A stretch of 64,000 nucleotides of DNA from an uncultured Spirochaetia bacterium (lineage in GTDB: Bacteria > Oederibacteriota > PGYV01). Under the pieces are notes generated by a model that saw nothing but the letters and a program-made list of their open reading frames with translations, had not been told where the DNA came from and ran no database searches. A program made the position numbers and the translations under genes. The DNA is taken from NCBI GenBank assembly GCA_964417645.1, contig CAYQIS010000003.1:19568-83567 (forward strand), given 5' to 3'. Positions 1 through 9,524 of this stretch are shown in pieces (positions within the stretch are counted from its first letter, which is position 1; each line of letters starts with the position of its first letter).

Positions 1-1
1 G

Positions 2-469
2 CTTTCAGGTTCTTTTATGGTTTATAAAGGTTTTTTTTTGCAGGGCGCTTTAATAATTGCTTTTTCCAGTATTTTTGACATGGTGGACGGCGCTCTTGCA
101 CGAAGGACAAACCAAAAAAGCAGGTTCGGCGGTTTTCTTGACTCAACAACTGACAGGATAAGCGAAGCAGGTATTTTTTTGGCGGTTCTGGCGTTTTACC
201 TGAATGCCGGTGATAAAACAGCCGTAATCTTGTCATATCTGGCAATGTTTCTGGGATTTATGGTAAGCTACCTGCGTGCCCGGGCCGGAGGTCTTAAAAT
301 AGACTGCAGCAGGGGGCTTTTTACAAGACCCGAAAGAATGATTGTCATACTTTTGGGGCTGCTTACAGGATTTGTAAAACCCGCGCTGGCTGTGATTGTT
401 TTCGGTTCTTTGTTTACAGTTATTCAGCGGTTTATGCTTGTCAACGAACAGGCAAAAAATATAAAGTAA
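2..469 (+). CDS. pgsA: CDP-alcohol phosphatidyltransferase (phosphatidylinositol-phosphate synthase-like), 5' end outside window
   Basis: Motif DMVDGALAR...G..LDSTTDR; frame is open back to the window start; lies next to ino1 and patA/pimA-like genes. Confidence 0.85.
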   Translation, partial: LSGSFMVYKGFFLQGALIIAFSSIFDMVDGALARRTNQKSRFGGFLDSTTDRISEAGIFLAVLAFYLNAGDKTAVILSYLAMFLGFMVSYLRARAGGLKIDCSRGLFTRPERMIVILLGLLTGFVKPALAVIVFGSLFTVIQRFMLVNEQAKNIK

Positions 470-485
470 AAATGGAGGAAAAGAA

Positions 486-1565
486 ATGGCAAAAATCAGA
501 ATTGCAATCGCAGGAATGGGCAACTGCGCCTGGTCGCTTATTCAGGGCCTTGAGTTTTACAAAGATGTAAAGGACAGTGAATTTGTCCCCGGCTTAATGC
601 ACACAAACCTTGGCGGCTACAGGATAAGAGACATAGAACTTGTGGCTGCTTTCGACGTTGACAAAAACAAAGTGGGAAAAGACGCCAAGGATGCCCTGGA
701 ATCGCCGCCCAACAACACAATTGTTTTTGCAAAAATCAAAAAAACCGGCGTCAAAGTTATGAGAGGTCCGACTTTCGACGGTCTTGGCAAATATTACCGC
801 CAGGTTATTGAAGAATCCGATGAAGCGCCTGTTGATGTGGTTAAAGTGCTCCGAGATACAAAAGCCGACGTGCTTATCAGCTATCTTCCGGTTGGTTCCG
901 AAGAAGCCACAAAGTATTATGCACAGTGCGCAATAGACGCCAAAGTTGCTTTTGTCAACGCAATTCCGGTTTTCATCGCTTCAAATCCCGAATGGGCCGC
1001 AAAATTTAAAAAAGCCGGTGTTCCCGTAATCGGAGATGACATAAAATCCCAGGTGGGCGCCACAATAGTGCACCGCGTGCTTACAAAACTCTTCGGAGAC
1101 CGCGGGGTAAATATACTTCGCACATACCAGATAAATTTCGGCGGAAACATGGACTTCATGAACATGCTTGAAAGAGAAAGACTGCACAGCAAAAAAATAA
1201 GCAAAACAAACGCCGTGCTTTCACAGATGCAAAATGAAATTGACGACAAAGAAGACGTGCACGTGGGGCCGTCGGACCACATTCCGTGGCTTCTTGACAG
1301 AAAATGGTGCCATATAAGAATGGAAGGCGAAAACTTCGGCAAAGTTCCGCTTAATCTGGAATTAAAACTTGAAGTTTGGGATTCTCCAAACTCAGCCGGT
1401 GTTATTATTGACGCTTTGCGCTGCGCAAAAATTGCAAAAGACAGGAAGCTTGGAGGATATATTGAATGGCCTTCGGCTTATTTTATGAAAACGCCGCCTG
1501 TTCAGCATGATGACAATGAAGCTTATCAGATGGTTGAAAAATTTATACAAAACAAGAAAAAATAA
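486..1565 (+). CDS. ino1: myo-inositol-1-phosphate synthase (bacterial type)
   Basis: N-terminal GMGNCAWSL Rossmann motif; [19 protein letters not shown] and WDSPNSAG motifs; SD GGAGG. Confidence 0.95.
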   Translation: MAKIRIAIAGMGNCAWSLIQGLEFYKDVKDSEFVPGLMHTNLGGYRIRDIELVAAFDVDKNKVGKDAKDALESPPNNTIVFAKIKKTGVKVMRGPTFDGLGKYYRQVIEESDEAPVDVVKVLRDTKADVLISYLPVGSEEATKYYAQCAIDAKVAFVNAIPVFIASNPEWAAKFKKAGVPVIGDDIKSQVGATIVHRVLTKLFGDRGVNILRTYQINFGGNMDFMNMLERERLHSKKISKTNAVLSQMQNEIDDKEDVHVGPSDHIPWLLDRKWCHIRMEGENFGKVPLNLELKLEVWDSPNSAGVIIDALRCAKIAKDRKLGGYIEWPSAYFMKTPPVQHDDNEAYQMVEKFIQNKKK

Positions 1566-2428
1566 TGTTTCTTAATTTTTTGGAAATACTGTTAAAAAAT
1601 ATCCCGCGAAAAGCGGGATATTTTTTTTTCAGGCTTGCAGGAAGGATTTTGTCTCATATACCTTCAAAAAGACAGCGCAATGTAAACGCCACTTTGTTTG
1701 CCGTAACAGGAATCAAAAATTATTCCTCTATACGCGCCAAAATTTACGAGACATATGCATCATATTATTATGAACTTTTTCTGGACAACAAAGAACTTTT
1801 AAAAAAAGTTGATTACTCGGCTTATGAAAACTCCGCAAAAACCATAAAAAGACTTTTGGAAAAATACGGAGGCTGCATTATGGTCAGTCTTCATTACGGG
1901 AACTGGGACCTTGCGGGCTCTTTTTTGGCGTCACTTTTTCCGGGACAAGTCACAGTTGTTGTTGAAGAGCTGTCGCCAAAAGTTTTTAAGTGGTTTACAA
2001 AAACAAGAAGTTCCTGGGGAATGAAAGTTCTTAAATCAACAGACTTAAAAGGTATGTTAAAGTCTCTTAAAGATAAAAATATACTTGTTCTTCTTGGAGA
2101 CAGGGACCTTGAAAAAAACGGCTATAAAATTGAAATGTTCGGCAGAAAAGCGCATCTGCCCTCGGGACCTGCAAAGCTTGCTTTAATGGCAAAAGTCCCT
2201 GTTGTGTTTTCCGTATTTGAGCGCATCAATGAAAACGGCTTTGAATTCAGGCCTTCCGGGGCTATAATATTAAACGATCCGCCGCTTGAACGCACGGAAG
2301 AAAACGCGCTTTTAATTACAAAAAAACTTGTATTAGAATTTGAAAATAAAATTAAATCAAAACCGGAAATGTGGTGTATGCTTCAGAATATATGGGCTGA
2401 AGAAAAAAAGCCCGTAAACAAAAAATAA
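1565..2428 (+). CDS. lipid acyltransferase, PatA/LpxL family (PIM acyltransferase-like)
   Basis: LHYGNWDLAG catalytic motif, LLGDRD, F-G...LPSGPA; TAATG coupling to ino1. Confidence 0.85.
   Translation: MFLNFLEILLKNIPRKAGYFFFRLAGRILSHIPSKRQRNVNATLFAVTGIKNYSSIRAKIYETYASYYYELFLDNKELLKKVDYSAYENSAKTIKRLLEKYGGCIMVSLHYGNWDLAGSFLASLFPGQVTVVVEELSPKVFKWFTKTRSSWGMKVLKSTDLKGMLKSLKDKNILVLLGDRDLEKNGYKIEMFGRKAHLPSGPAKLALMAKVPVVFSVFERINENGFEFRPSGAIILNDPPLERTEENALLITKKLVLEFENKIKSKPEMWCMLQNIWAEEKKPVNKK
1594..1629 (+). terminator. intrinsic-terminator-like hairpin inside the start of the acyltransferase CDS
   Basis: AAAAAATATCCCGC-GAAAA-GCGGGATATTTTTT (14-bp inverted repeat) ending in a run of 9 T. Confidence 0.6.
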
Positions 2429-2440
2429 AAAGGAAAAAAA

Positions 2441-3565
2441 ATGCCTTCATTCAAAAAAATTGCCATATGCACCCCTTATTATTATCCTCTTTTCGGAGGT
2501 GTTCAGGAATATGTTTACCATCTTAAACACGAATATCAAAAACTTGGTTTTACCGTAAAAGTAATTACGGGAAATTTCAGCAGCACTCCCTCACATGATG
2601 AAAATGACGTTATAAGAATAGGCAGAGGCATTCCTTTCATGGTCAACGGCTCCACAGGAAGAATAATATTAATCCGCAGGGGAGAAAAAGTCAGGCAGAT
2701 GCTTGAAAGGGAAAATTTTGACATAATTCATTTCCAGGAGCCTTTTGTTCCGTTTTTGTCACACGACATCATTAAATATTCCAAATCCGTTAACATAGCA
2801 ACTTTTCACGCAAATTTTGAAAGCAACATTTATTACAGATTTGGAAGACACTTTTTAAAACCTTTGTGGGAAAAACTTCACGGTAAAATAGCGGTATCTC
2901 CTTCGGCAAAAAGCAGCATAAGCAGGTACTTTAACGGAAGAGACATTGAAATAATACCCAACGGGGTTTCAACATCAAGGTTTAATCCGGAAGGAAAAAA
3001 AATCGCCAAATTTAACGATGACTTCACAAACATACTTTTTACGGGAAGAATAGAAAAAAGAAAAGGGCTTATTTATCTTATTAAAGCTTTTGCAATTCTG
3101 AAAAAGGATCACCCAAAAACAAGACTTATAGTTCTTGGAAAAGGACCGCTTCAAGAGCGTCTGAAAAAAATGGTTTTAAAAGAAAAAATATCCGATGTTC
3201 ATTTTGAAGGTTTCGTAAAACTTGAAGAATTGGCTGATTATTACAGAACGGCGCACATTTACTGTTCACCTGCTCTTTTTGGCGAAAGTTTTGGTATTGT
3301 CCTTCTTGAAGCAATGGCAAGCGGCATACCCGCTGTTGCTTTTAATATCAGCGGCTACAATGATGTTGTTTCCAATCTTGACGACGGACTTCTGGCAATA
3401 CCGCGGGATGTTCATGACCTGCACGAAAAACTTGATCTTCTTGTTTCTCATCCGGAAATAGCCAAAGAACTGGGACGCCGAGGTTATGAAAAAGCCCAAA
3501 AATTCAGATGGGATATTATAGCCGCAAAAAACATTCAGTTTTATGAAAAATTTTTTAGGAAATAA
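2441..3565 (+). CDS. pimA: GT4 glycosyltransferase, phosphatidylinositol alpha-mannosyltransferase-like
   Basis: PYYYPLFGGVQEYV, HFQEPFVP, ATFH, GRIEKRKG and ESFGIVLLEAMA motifs closely resemble PimA; operon context. Confidence 0.75.
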   Translation: MPSFKKIAICTPYYYPLFGGVQEYVYHLKHEYQKLGFTVKVITGNFSSTPSHDENDVIRIGRGIPFMVNGSTGRIILIRRGEKVRQMLERENFDIIHFQEPFVPFLSHDIIKYSKSVNIATFHANFESNIYYRFGRHFLKPLWEKLHGKIAVSPSAKSSISRYFNGRDIEIIPNGVSTSRFNPEGKKIAKFNDDFTNILFTGRIEKRKGLIYLIKAFAILKKDHPKTRLIVLGKGPLQERLKKMVLKEKISDVHFEGFVKLEELADYYRTAHIYCSPALFGESFGIVLLEAMASGIPAVAFNISGYNDVVSNLDDGLLAIPRDVHDLHEKLDLLVSHPEIAKELGRRGYEKAQKFRWDIIAAKNIQFYEKFFRK

Positions 3566-3570
3566 TCCAG

Positions 3571-4449
3571 ATGACATATACAACAATTAAATTTGCGGTT
3601 TTTTTAATAACCGCTTTGCCAATAAATTTCATATATTGGATTGCAATTAACATAACACATATATTCTTTTTTTTCTGGAAAGAGAAAAAGATCAACACTG
3701 AAAGCAATTACAAAACCATACTGAAAGATATTCTTGGCAGAGAACCTTTGATTGCAGAAATTAAAAATCTTGCTTTTCAAAACCGTGTTCATTACGGAAA
3801 ATTCAGCGCCGAATTTCTTTATCTTCCAAAGCTTGCAAAAAAGGATATTTTTCCGGATATAACAAATAAGGATTCCATAGACCTTGCGCTTAAAAGAGGC
3901 CGCGGCCTTATTATAGGCACACTGCACTTTTCAAACTGGGACATTGCCGGCATTGTAATATCAAAATATTGCAAAAATGTATGGGCGGTTGCCGATGATT
4001 TGGGCGGAGATTTTTCGCGGTTTGTACAGGAAACCCGCGGAAAATACGGCATAAATATAATACTTCCGAATAAAAATCTTAAAGATGTTTATCGCTGTCT
4101 TGAAAATAACGGTGTTTTAAATGTTCTTATAGACAGGCCGGTTTCTGCCGAAGATAAAAACGGCACCGTTATTGACTTTTTTGGAAAAAAAGCGCGGGTA
4201 ACATCTTTCGCCGCAAGACTTGCCCTTAAAACAGGCGCTGATGTTGCCGTGGGCTGGACAGTAAGAGAAAACGGCAAATTCACCGCCTTTTGTTCGGATA
4301 TAATTAAATATAATGCAACAGGCAACACATCGGAAGACATACGCAATCTTACGCAGCTTATGTTTAAAGAAGCCGAAAAAGCCGTCAGAAAAAATCCGGA
4401 ACAGTGGTACATGTTCAGAAAATTTTTTATTGACCAGGAGACAAAATGA
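3571..4449 (+). CDS. second PatA/LpxL-family acyltransferase
   Basis: LHFSNWDIAG, LIDRP, DFFG, PEQWYMF motifs. Confidence 0.85.
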   Translation: MTYTTIKFAVFLITALPINFIYWIAINITHIFFFFWKEKKINTESNYKTILKDILGREPLIAEIKNLAFQNRVHYGKFSAEFLYLPKLAKKDIFPDITNKDSIDLALKRGRGLIIGTLHFSNWDIAGIVISKYCKNVWAVADDLGGDFSRFVQETRGKYGINIILPNKNLKDVYRCLENNGVLNVLIDRPVSAEDKNGTVIDFFGKKARVTSFAARLALKTGADVAVGWTVRENGKFTAFCSDIIKYNATGNTSEDIRNLTQLMFKEAEKAVRKNPEQWYMFRKFFIDQETK

Positions 4450-5225
4450 AAAAAAGAAAATTTTTTACAGACAGCCCGCCCCACGGACACGCCGTAACAA
4501 AAAATAAAGAAAATATCCGAATAGATTCCTTAAAAGGATACGGAAAGGCGGATATTCATATTCATTCTTCCGCAAGCGATGCCGTTGTGACTCCGGAAGA
4601 AATAGTTGATTATGTTGAAAATAATACGGATCTTAACGTTATAGCAATTACCGACCACGATCAAATAAAAGGCGCAATACGCGCAAGAGAATATGCTCTT
4701 GAAAAAAAATACAATCTGCAGGTTATAGTAGGCGAAGAAGTAAGCACTTTAAAAGGTCATTTAATCGGCTTATTCATAAAAAAAAGAATTAAACGCTATA
4801 CAGGCTTAATTGACACGGTAAAATCAATTCACGAACAGGGTGGAATTGCAATAGTTCCTCATCCTCTTTCATGGCTTACAACATCAGTCGGTGAACAGGC
4901 TTTTAAGTCCGTTATTAAAAATAAAACTCCCGGAGTTTATTTCGACGCAGTTGAATTAATTAATCCGGCCATTGCTGGAAAAGTCACGGATGAACGAGCA
5001 CAAAAATTAAATACAATGCTTTGGAAATTACCCGTAACAGGGGGGTCGGACAGCCATTCATTGGACGGCATTGGCTCCGCTTTTACTTTATTCCCCGGAA
5101 AAACAGAAGAAGATTTACGCAAAGCCATACTTGAAGGCACAACTTTATACGGGGGGAAATACTGGAACTTCAGGGAGCATTGGGATTTATTCGTAAAAAA
5201 ATTCAAACGCTTCAAAGTTTTTTAA
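4446..5225 (+). CDS. PHP-domain phosphoesterase
   Basis: DIHIHS..SD, ITDHD, GEEVST, HP, GGSDSH metal motifs; ATGA overlap with the upstream gene. Confidence 0.9.
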   Translation: MKKRKFFTDSPPHGHAVTKNKENIRIDSLKGYGKADIHIHSSASDAVVTPEEIVDYVENNTDLNVIAITDHDQIKGAIRAREYALEKKYNLQVIVGEEVSTLKGHLIGLFIKKRIKRYTGLIDTVKSIHEQGGIAIVPHPLSWLTTSVGEQAFKSVIKNKTPGVYFDAVELINPAIAGKVTDERAQKLNTMLWKLPVTGGSDSHSLDGIGSAFTLFPGKTEEDLRKAILEGTTLYGGKYWNFREHWDLFVKKFKRFKVF

Positions 5226-5227
5226 AA

Positions 5228-5260
5228 AAAAAGCCCCGCGCGGAAAACGCGGGGCTTTTT
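5228..5260. terminator. bidirectional intrinsic terminator between convergent PHP and pckG
   Basis: AAAAAGCCCCGCG-CGGAAAA-CGCGGGGCTTTTT. Confidence 0.85.
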
Positions 5261-5276
5261 GCTGAAAATATTGTAA

Positions 5277-7127
5277 TTAAAATTGATCAGGTGTTACGTA
5301 ATCACCTTTCGCGGCCTTAAGGTCCAAAAGCCTTTTTTTCTGGGCTTCCAATTCTTCAAATACTTTTTCCGGTGTTCCCTTTACGCCTTTATAAACAGCG
5401 ATTATTCTGTCCATCTTGGCAACATTTTCATTAACACGTATCATAAACTGCTCTTTGTAATCCGCTTCGGTAAAATCCTTGTTCAAAAGCTCCTTAAACA
5501 GTTTTTTAAGTATGTCATACTTCGGTATTATCCCCAGGGGCGTTTTTATGCCGTCAATGTCTCCAGATGCCTTTAGTTCCATCCATTTCAGCCATACTCT
5601 TTTATCCTTTACGCCGTTTAGCCATTTGCCTTCCTTATTTCGCAGGAAATAATTTACACCGAATATTTTAGGCACTGTTTTTAAGCCTTTAGGAAATTCC
5701 AAATAACACTCAAGGTATTTTGCCATGGATATTGAAAGAAACTCCAAATTTGACATTAAATTAAACACTCTGTTGCCTTCCTGCCCAATTGTTGCGGCGG
5801 TTGTTTCGGATTCAAGGGATGCTCCCATTGTTATAACGCCATGGTCCCAATTAAACGCTTCGCATACAGGAACCGAGGTGTTGCTGTCACGGCCGCCGTA
5901 AATTATGCCTTTTAATTCAACACCTTTTTTATTGTGAAGATTTTTGTCGCAGTTTTTGAGTTTTTCAAGACTTATTGAATAGCGGGCATTTTTATGGGCA
6001 TAATCTATGGGTTTACCGGTTGCATCGGTTTTTCCTTTAAACCATTCTCCGGAATAGTTAATTCCCCTTTCAGGTTCTGGCTTTTTATCCCCAAGCCAGC
6101 GTGGAGTTCCGTTTTCATCAAGAACATTTCCAAATATAACATCACCGGGTGTTGTAAGGACCTTGTATATCAAAGGGTCGCCTGCTTCATTTATATCCTG
6201 AATAATTCCGAATATGCCGCGCTCAACATTTGCCGCATGAACTTTGCCGTCTATCTTACGGAGATATGCAAGATCATCTCCAACTATTGTTTCGCCTTCA
6301 ACCATTGCGGTTGAAGTTTTTCCGCACATTGAAGGATACGCTCCCGCAAAATAAGAAACTCTGCCTTTTGGTCCTTTAACCCCCATAATAAACATATGCT
6401 CCGCCAGCCAGCCCTCGCGGGAAGCTTTTTGTATAGCAAGTCTTAAAGCAAGTTTTTTAAAACCTACAGACTGCCCGGCATATTGTGTGTTGCAGCTGTA
6501 AACAGTTTCTGTTTTTAAATCCATATATACGCGGCGGTCGGCAACATTCTTACTGTTCATACGCTCGTCAACTTCACCTGTTGCATGTACAACCTTAAAA
6601 AAGCTTGAAGGTTTTGCTTTTTTAAAGGCCTCATATGCCTTCCTGTAAAGTATGTTTTCCGAATGAACCACATAATATGAATCCGTTATCTGAACTGCCG
6701 GAATGTAAAAAGGCGAATCCGTAGGACCAAGGGAATAAAAAAGCACAAACATATCGCGGCCTTTCATAATCCCTTTCATTTTTGAATAAACATCTTTAAG
6801 CCCTTCCTCCCGGTCAATTCCGTTTAAACCCTCGGGAGCTTCCCCGGGTTCAAAAAGAAATTTTGTGTTTTTAGGGTCTCTTCCCTGATCATAAATTCCG
6901 TCGTGATGTATTGTATGACCTTTTATCTTAAGAGCTTTTTCCTCACCCTTTTCTATGGCCATCTTTTTTGCCATTTCTTCATCAGCTTTGCTGTCATTAA
7001 ATACATATATGCCGTCAGGTTCCAGAAGTTCCGCATATTTTGCCACAAATTCCATAAGAACCGGATTTTTAAGGGCTTCAAGCCTTTTATAACTGTCTTT
7101 TCTGCATTTATTTTTAAGTAATTCCAT
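5277..7127 (-). CDS. pckG: GTP-dependent phosphoenolpyruvate carboxykinase
   Basis: YAG..GFKKLALR, WLAEHM, PSMCGKT, VGDDLA motifs; start moved to the ATG at 7127 behind SD GGAGG. Confidence 0.92.
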   Translation of the reverse strand: MELLKNKCRKDSYKRLEALKNPVLMEFVAKYAELLEPDGIYVFNDSKADEEMAKKMAIEKGEEKALKIKGHTIHHDGIYDQGRDPKNTKFLFEPGEAPEGLNGIDREEGLKDVYSKMKGIMKGRDMFVLFYSLGPTDSPFYIPAVQITDSYYVVHSENILYRKAYEAFKKAKPSSFFKVVHATGEVDERMNSKNVADRRVYMDLKTETVYSCNTQYAGQSVGFKKLALRLAIQKASREGWLAEHMFIMGVKGPKGRVSYFAGAYPSMCGKTSTAMVEGETIVGDDLAYLRKIDGKVHAANVERGIFGIIQDINEAGDPLIYKVLTTPGDVIFGNVLDENGTPRWLGDKKPEPERGINYSGEWFKGKTDATGKPIDYAHKNARYSISLEKLKNCDKNLHNKKGVELKGIIYGGRDSNTSVPVCEAFNWDHGVITMGASLESETTAATIGQEGNRVFNLMSNLEFLSISMAKYLECYLEFPKGLKTVPKIFGVNYFLRNKEGKWLNGVKDKRVWLKWMELKASGDIDGIKTPLGIIPKYDILKKLFKELLNKDFTEADYKEQFMIRVNENVAKMDRIIAVYKGVKGTPEKVFEELEAQKKRLLDLKAAKGDYVTPDQF

Positions 7128-7194
7128 AAATGATCCTCCTGTGGACAAAATTTAAAATATTATCCATTTTTTAATCCATTTTTCAAGGCAATAA

Positions 7195-7728
7195 TTATTC
7201 TTCTATACATGAAAGATCCCCTTCTTCCATATTATAAAAAAGAGGGGCAACAGCAAGGTTTGGATATCTTGTCCTTATCCTTTTAACTTCTGAAATTACA
7301 AAATCAAGTTCATCCCCTATTTCAAATATAGGCGCAAAACTGTCAAAATGCTGTTCGGCTGTTTTTTTCTGCCAGCCGGCTTTTACCAAGCCCTTTATAT
7401 AACTTTCTTTTCTGTTATGAAGACCGCACATACCGCAGTCATCATGGCCTATTATTGCAATTGCCTTAACTTTGCCAACAGCAACAGCATAAGAAATTAT
7501 AAAATCACTGTGTTTCATATTTCCGCCTGCGGTTCTTATTACATAAGCAAAATTATCCGGAACATGCAAAGCTTTTCTGTTGTCCATGCACATTCCAACC
7601 AATATTTCCGCTGATTCATAAGGTCTGCCTTCTTCGGCAAAATTATGATAACGTATCAGTGTTTCCACCGGTGTTCCGATATATTTTTTTGGAATATCGG
7701 TTTCTTTATGAATTTGTATTATTCTCAT
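7195..7728 (-). CDS. beta-class carbonic anhydrase
   Basis: CMDNR and GHDDCG zinc-ligand motifs, RTAGG. Confidence 0.88.
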   Translation of the reverse strand: MRIIQIHKETDIPKKYIGTPVETLIRYHNFAEEGRPYESAEILVGMCMDNRKALHVPDNFAYVIRTAGGNMKHSDFIISYAVAVGKVKAIAIIGHDDCGMCGLHNRKESYIKGLVKAGWQKKTAEQHFDSFAPIFEIGDELDFVISEVKRIRTRYPNLAVAPLFYNMEEGDLSCIEE

Positions 7729-7767
7729 AGCATAACGCTCCGTTTAATCAGTATTTTAGGGAATAAG

Positions 7768-7796
7768 AATATACAAATAAACACAGGATAAGTCAA
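7768..7796 (-). promoter_or_regulatory. sigma70-type promoter of the carbonic anhydrase gene
   Basis: TTGACT-N17-TATATT on the minus strand. Confidence 0.6.
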
Positions 7797-7800
7797 ACAT

Positions 7801-8349
7801 TTAGATTTTATTATTTTTTTTATCCATAAGTATATACTGAGAAGCTTCCCATAAAGTTTCGGTGGTAAAATCCGGCTTTTCCCTTTTTTCATAAAAATGC
7901 TTTGCCCCGTGCCCGGATAAAAGATATATTGTTTTTGTTCCGGCTTTTTTTCCCATATTTATATCATGGGGATGATCGCCTATTACCCAGGATTCTCCAA
8001 GATTTATCGGATTTTCTTCGCAAATTTTTCTGATAAAAAAATCAGAGGGTTTCCTGCATAAGCAATTAACATCTTTTGCATGAGGACAATGAAAAACGCG
8101 ATTTATTTTAATATTTTCTTTTTTAAGGCGCTCCAAAAAATATTTATTAAATTCCATATACTGTTCTTCCGAAAAAAAACCTTCTCCAATGCCTGCCTGA
8201 TTGGTTATCACATACAAATCATAATATTTTTGCAACAAAAAAAGAGCTTTTATTGACCCTTTAATAAATACAAGATCATCTTTTTTATAAATATATCCTC
8301 TGTCTTCAATTATTGTTCCGTCACGGTCCAAAAAAAGAGCGTTTTTCAT
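7801..8349 (-). CDS. HAD-IIIA phosphatase, GmhB/histidinol-phosphatase family
   Basis: FLDRDGTI, TNQAGI, CPH....C.CRKP, IGD..D motifs. Confidence 0.88.
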   Translation of the reverse strand: MKNALFLDRDGTIIEDRGYIYKKDDLVFIKGSIKALFLLQKYYDLYVITNQAGIGEGFFSEEQYMEFNKYFLERLKKENIKINRVFHCPHAKDVNCLCRKPSDFFIRKICEENPINLGESWVIGDHPHDINMGKKAGTKTIYLLSGHGAKHFYEKREKPDFTTETLWEASQYILMDKKNNKI

Positions 8350-9509
8350 ACTTTAATTTGCGATTTATATAAAATAAAAATTCCTGTAACAGAAGCAAGC
8401 AGTGTCATAAGAAAAACATTGCTGTAAGTTCCGCTTATATCCCTTATTAACCCGGAAATCAAAATACCCGTAAAAGCAGCCGCTCCATAAGCGGTGAAAA
8501 CAAAACCGTAAACTTTTCTGTAATTTTCAGATCCAAATATTTTTGCCGTGGCAACAGGAGCCAAAGCAAGCCATCCGCCAAGACTGAACCAAAGCATACA
8601 AAAAGAAATATAGAATAACACTTTCAAGCTGCCGTTAATCAGCATACCTGTTACAGATGCTGTTATTATTATGACAAAATTTAAAATTGCCGTGTTTTTA
8701 AATCCGGCTTTATCGGTTAACATTCCGAATAAAGGCCTGCCCAATCCGTTGAAAGCCGCAAATAATGACACTGCCGCGGCGGCTCCTGCAGGCGTAAGTC
8801 CGGCAAGTTCCTGCGCAAGCGGGCCTGAAATTCCTATTGCTGTAAGTCCTGACAATGCTCCAAGAGCATAAACAATCCATAAAATTCTGAAATTATCCTG
8901 AGAAATTAAATTTTTTAAATTTTCAATCAATGAAGCATTATCCGCAATATTATCCTCAATTTTTCTGTTTTTAATAAATATTCCAAGTATTGAAACAATA
9001 ACAAGAAAAAACACACCCGTTAATTTAAATGTATTGCTTAAACCGTATAATTCTATTGCTTTTTCAAGAACTGGTGCCGTAATTATTGCCGATAACCCGA
9101 ATCCGGACAAAACCAAACCTACGGCAAGACCGCGGTTTTTCCCATACCACTCCATTACCGCAGCCATTGGTATTCCATAAACTATTCCTATTCCGGCTCC
9201 CACAAAAAACCCGTAAAAAAAAGTTATCATCCATATGTTTTTGACAAATCCGGACAATGCCCATCCAAGACCTATGAATAAAGCCCCGATAAAAATTAAT
9301 TTTTTATGTTTTATTTTCCCTATATATTTTCCCGTAAAAAGCATTGTAATTGAATAAACAATAAGCAAAACCATAAAAGGAAGTCCGCTTTCAAACGCGC
9401 CTATTAACAGCTCGTTTTGTAAAGGCTTTCTGAAAATACTCCATGAATATACCGAACCAAGGCATAACATTATAAAAAATCCCGCGGGAACAATAAATGT
9501 TTTTGCCAT
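8346..9509 (-). CDS. MFS transporter, oxalate:formate antiporter (OFA)-like
   Basis: LGSVYSWSIF, GIGIVY..P, GLAVG..LSGFG, NGLGRPLFG, YGFVFTAYG; about 12 hydrophobic segments. Confidence 0.85.
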   Translation of the reverse strand: MAKTFIVPAGFFIMLCLGSVYSWSIFRKPLQNELLIGAFESGLPFMVLLIVYSITMLFTGKYIGKIKHKKLIFIGALFIGLGWALSGFVKNIWMITFFYGFFVGAGIGIVYGIPMAAVMEWYGKNRGLAVGLVLSGFGLSAIITAPVLEKAIELYGLSNTFKLTGVFFLVIVSILGIFIKNRKIEDNIADNASLIENLKNLISQDNFRILWIVYALGALSGLTAIGISGPLAQELAGLTPAGAAAAVSLFAAFNGLGRPLFGMLTDKAGFKNTAILNFVIIITASVTGMLINGSLKVLFYISFCMLWFSLGGWLALAPVATAKIFGSENYRKVYGFVFTAYGAAAFTGILISGLIRDISGTYSNVFLMTLLASVTGIFILYKSQIKV

Positions 9510-9524
9510 TCCCTGTTTTCCTCC

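Noticed and set aside
7140-7148. Single DnaA-like box TTGTCCACA next to the pckG SD
   Set aside because: Isolated one-mismatch hit, plausible by chance in AT-rich DNA
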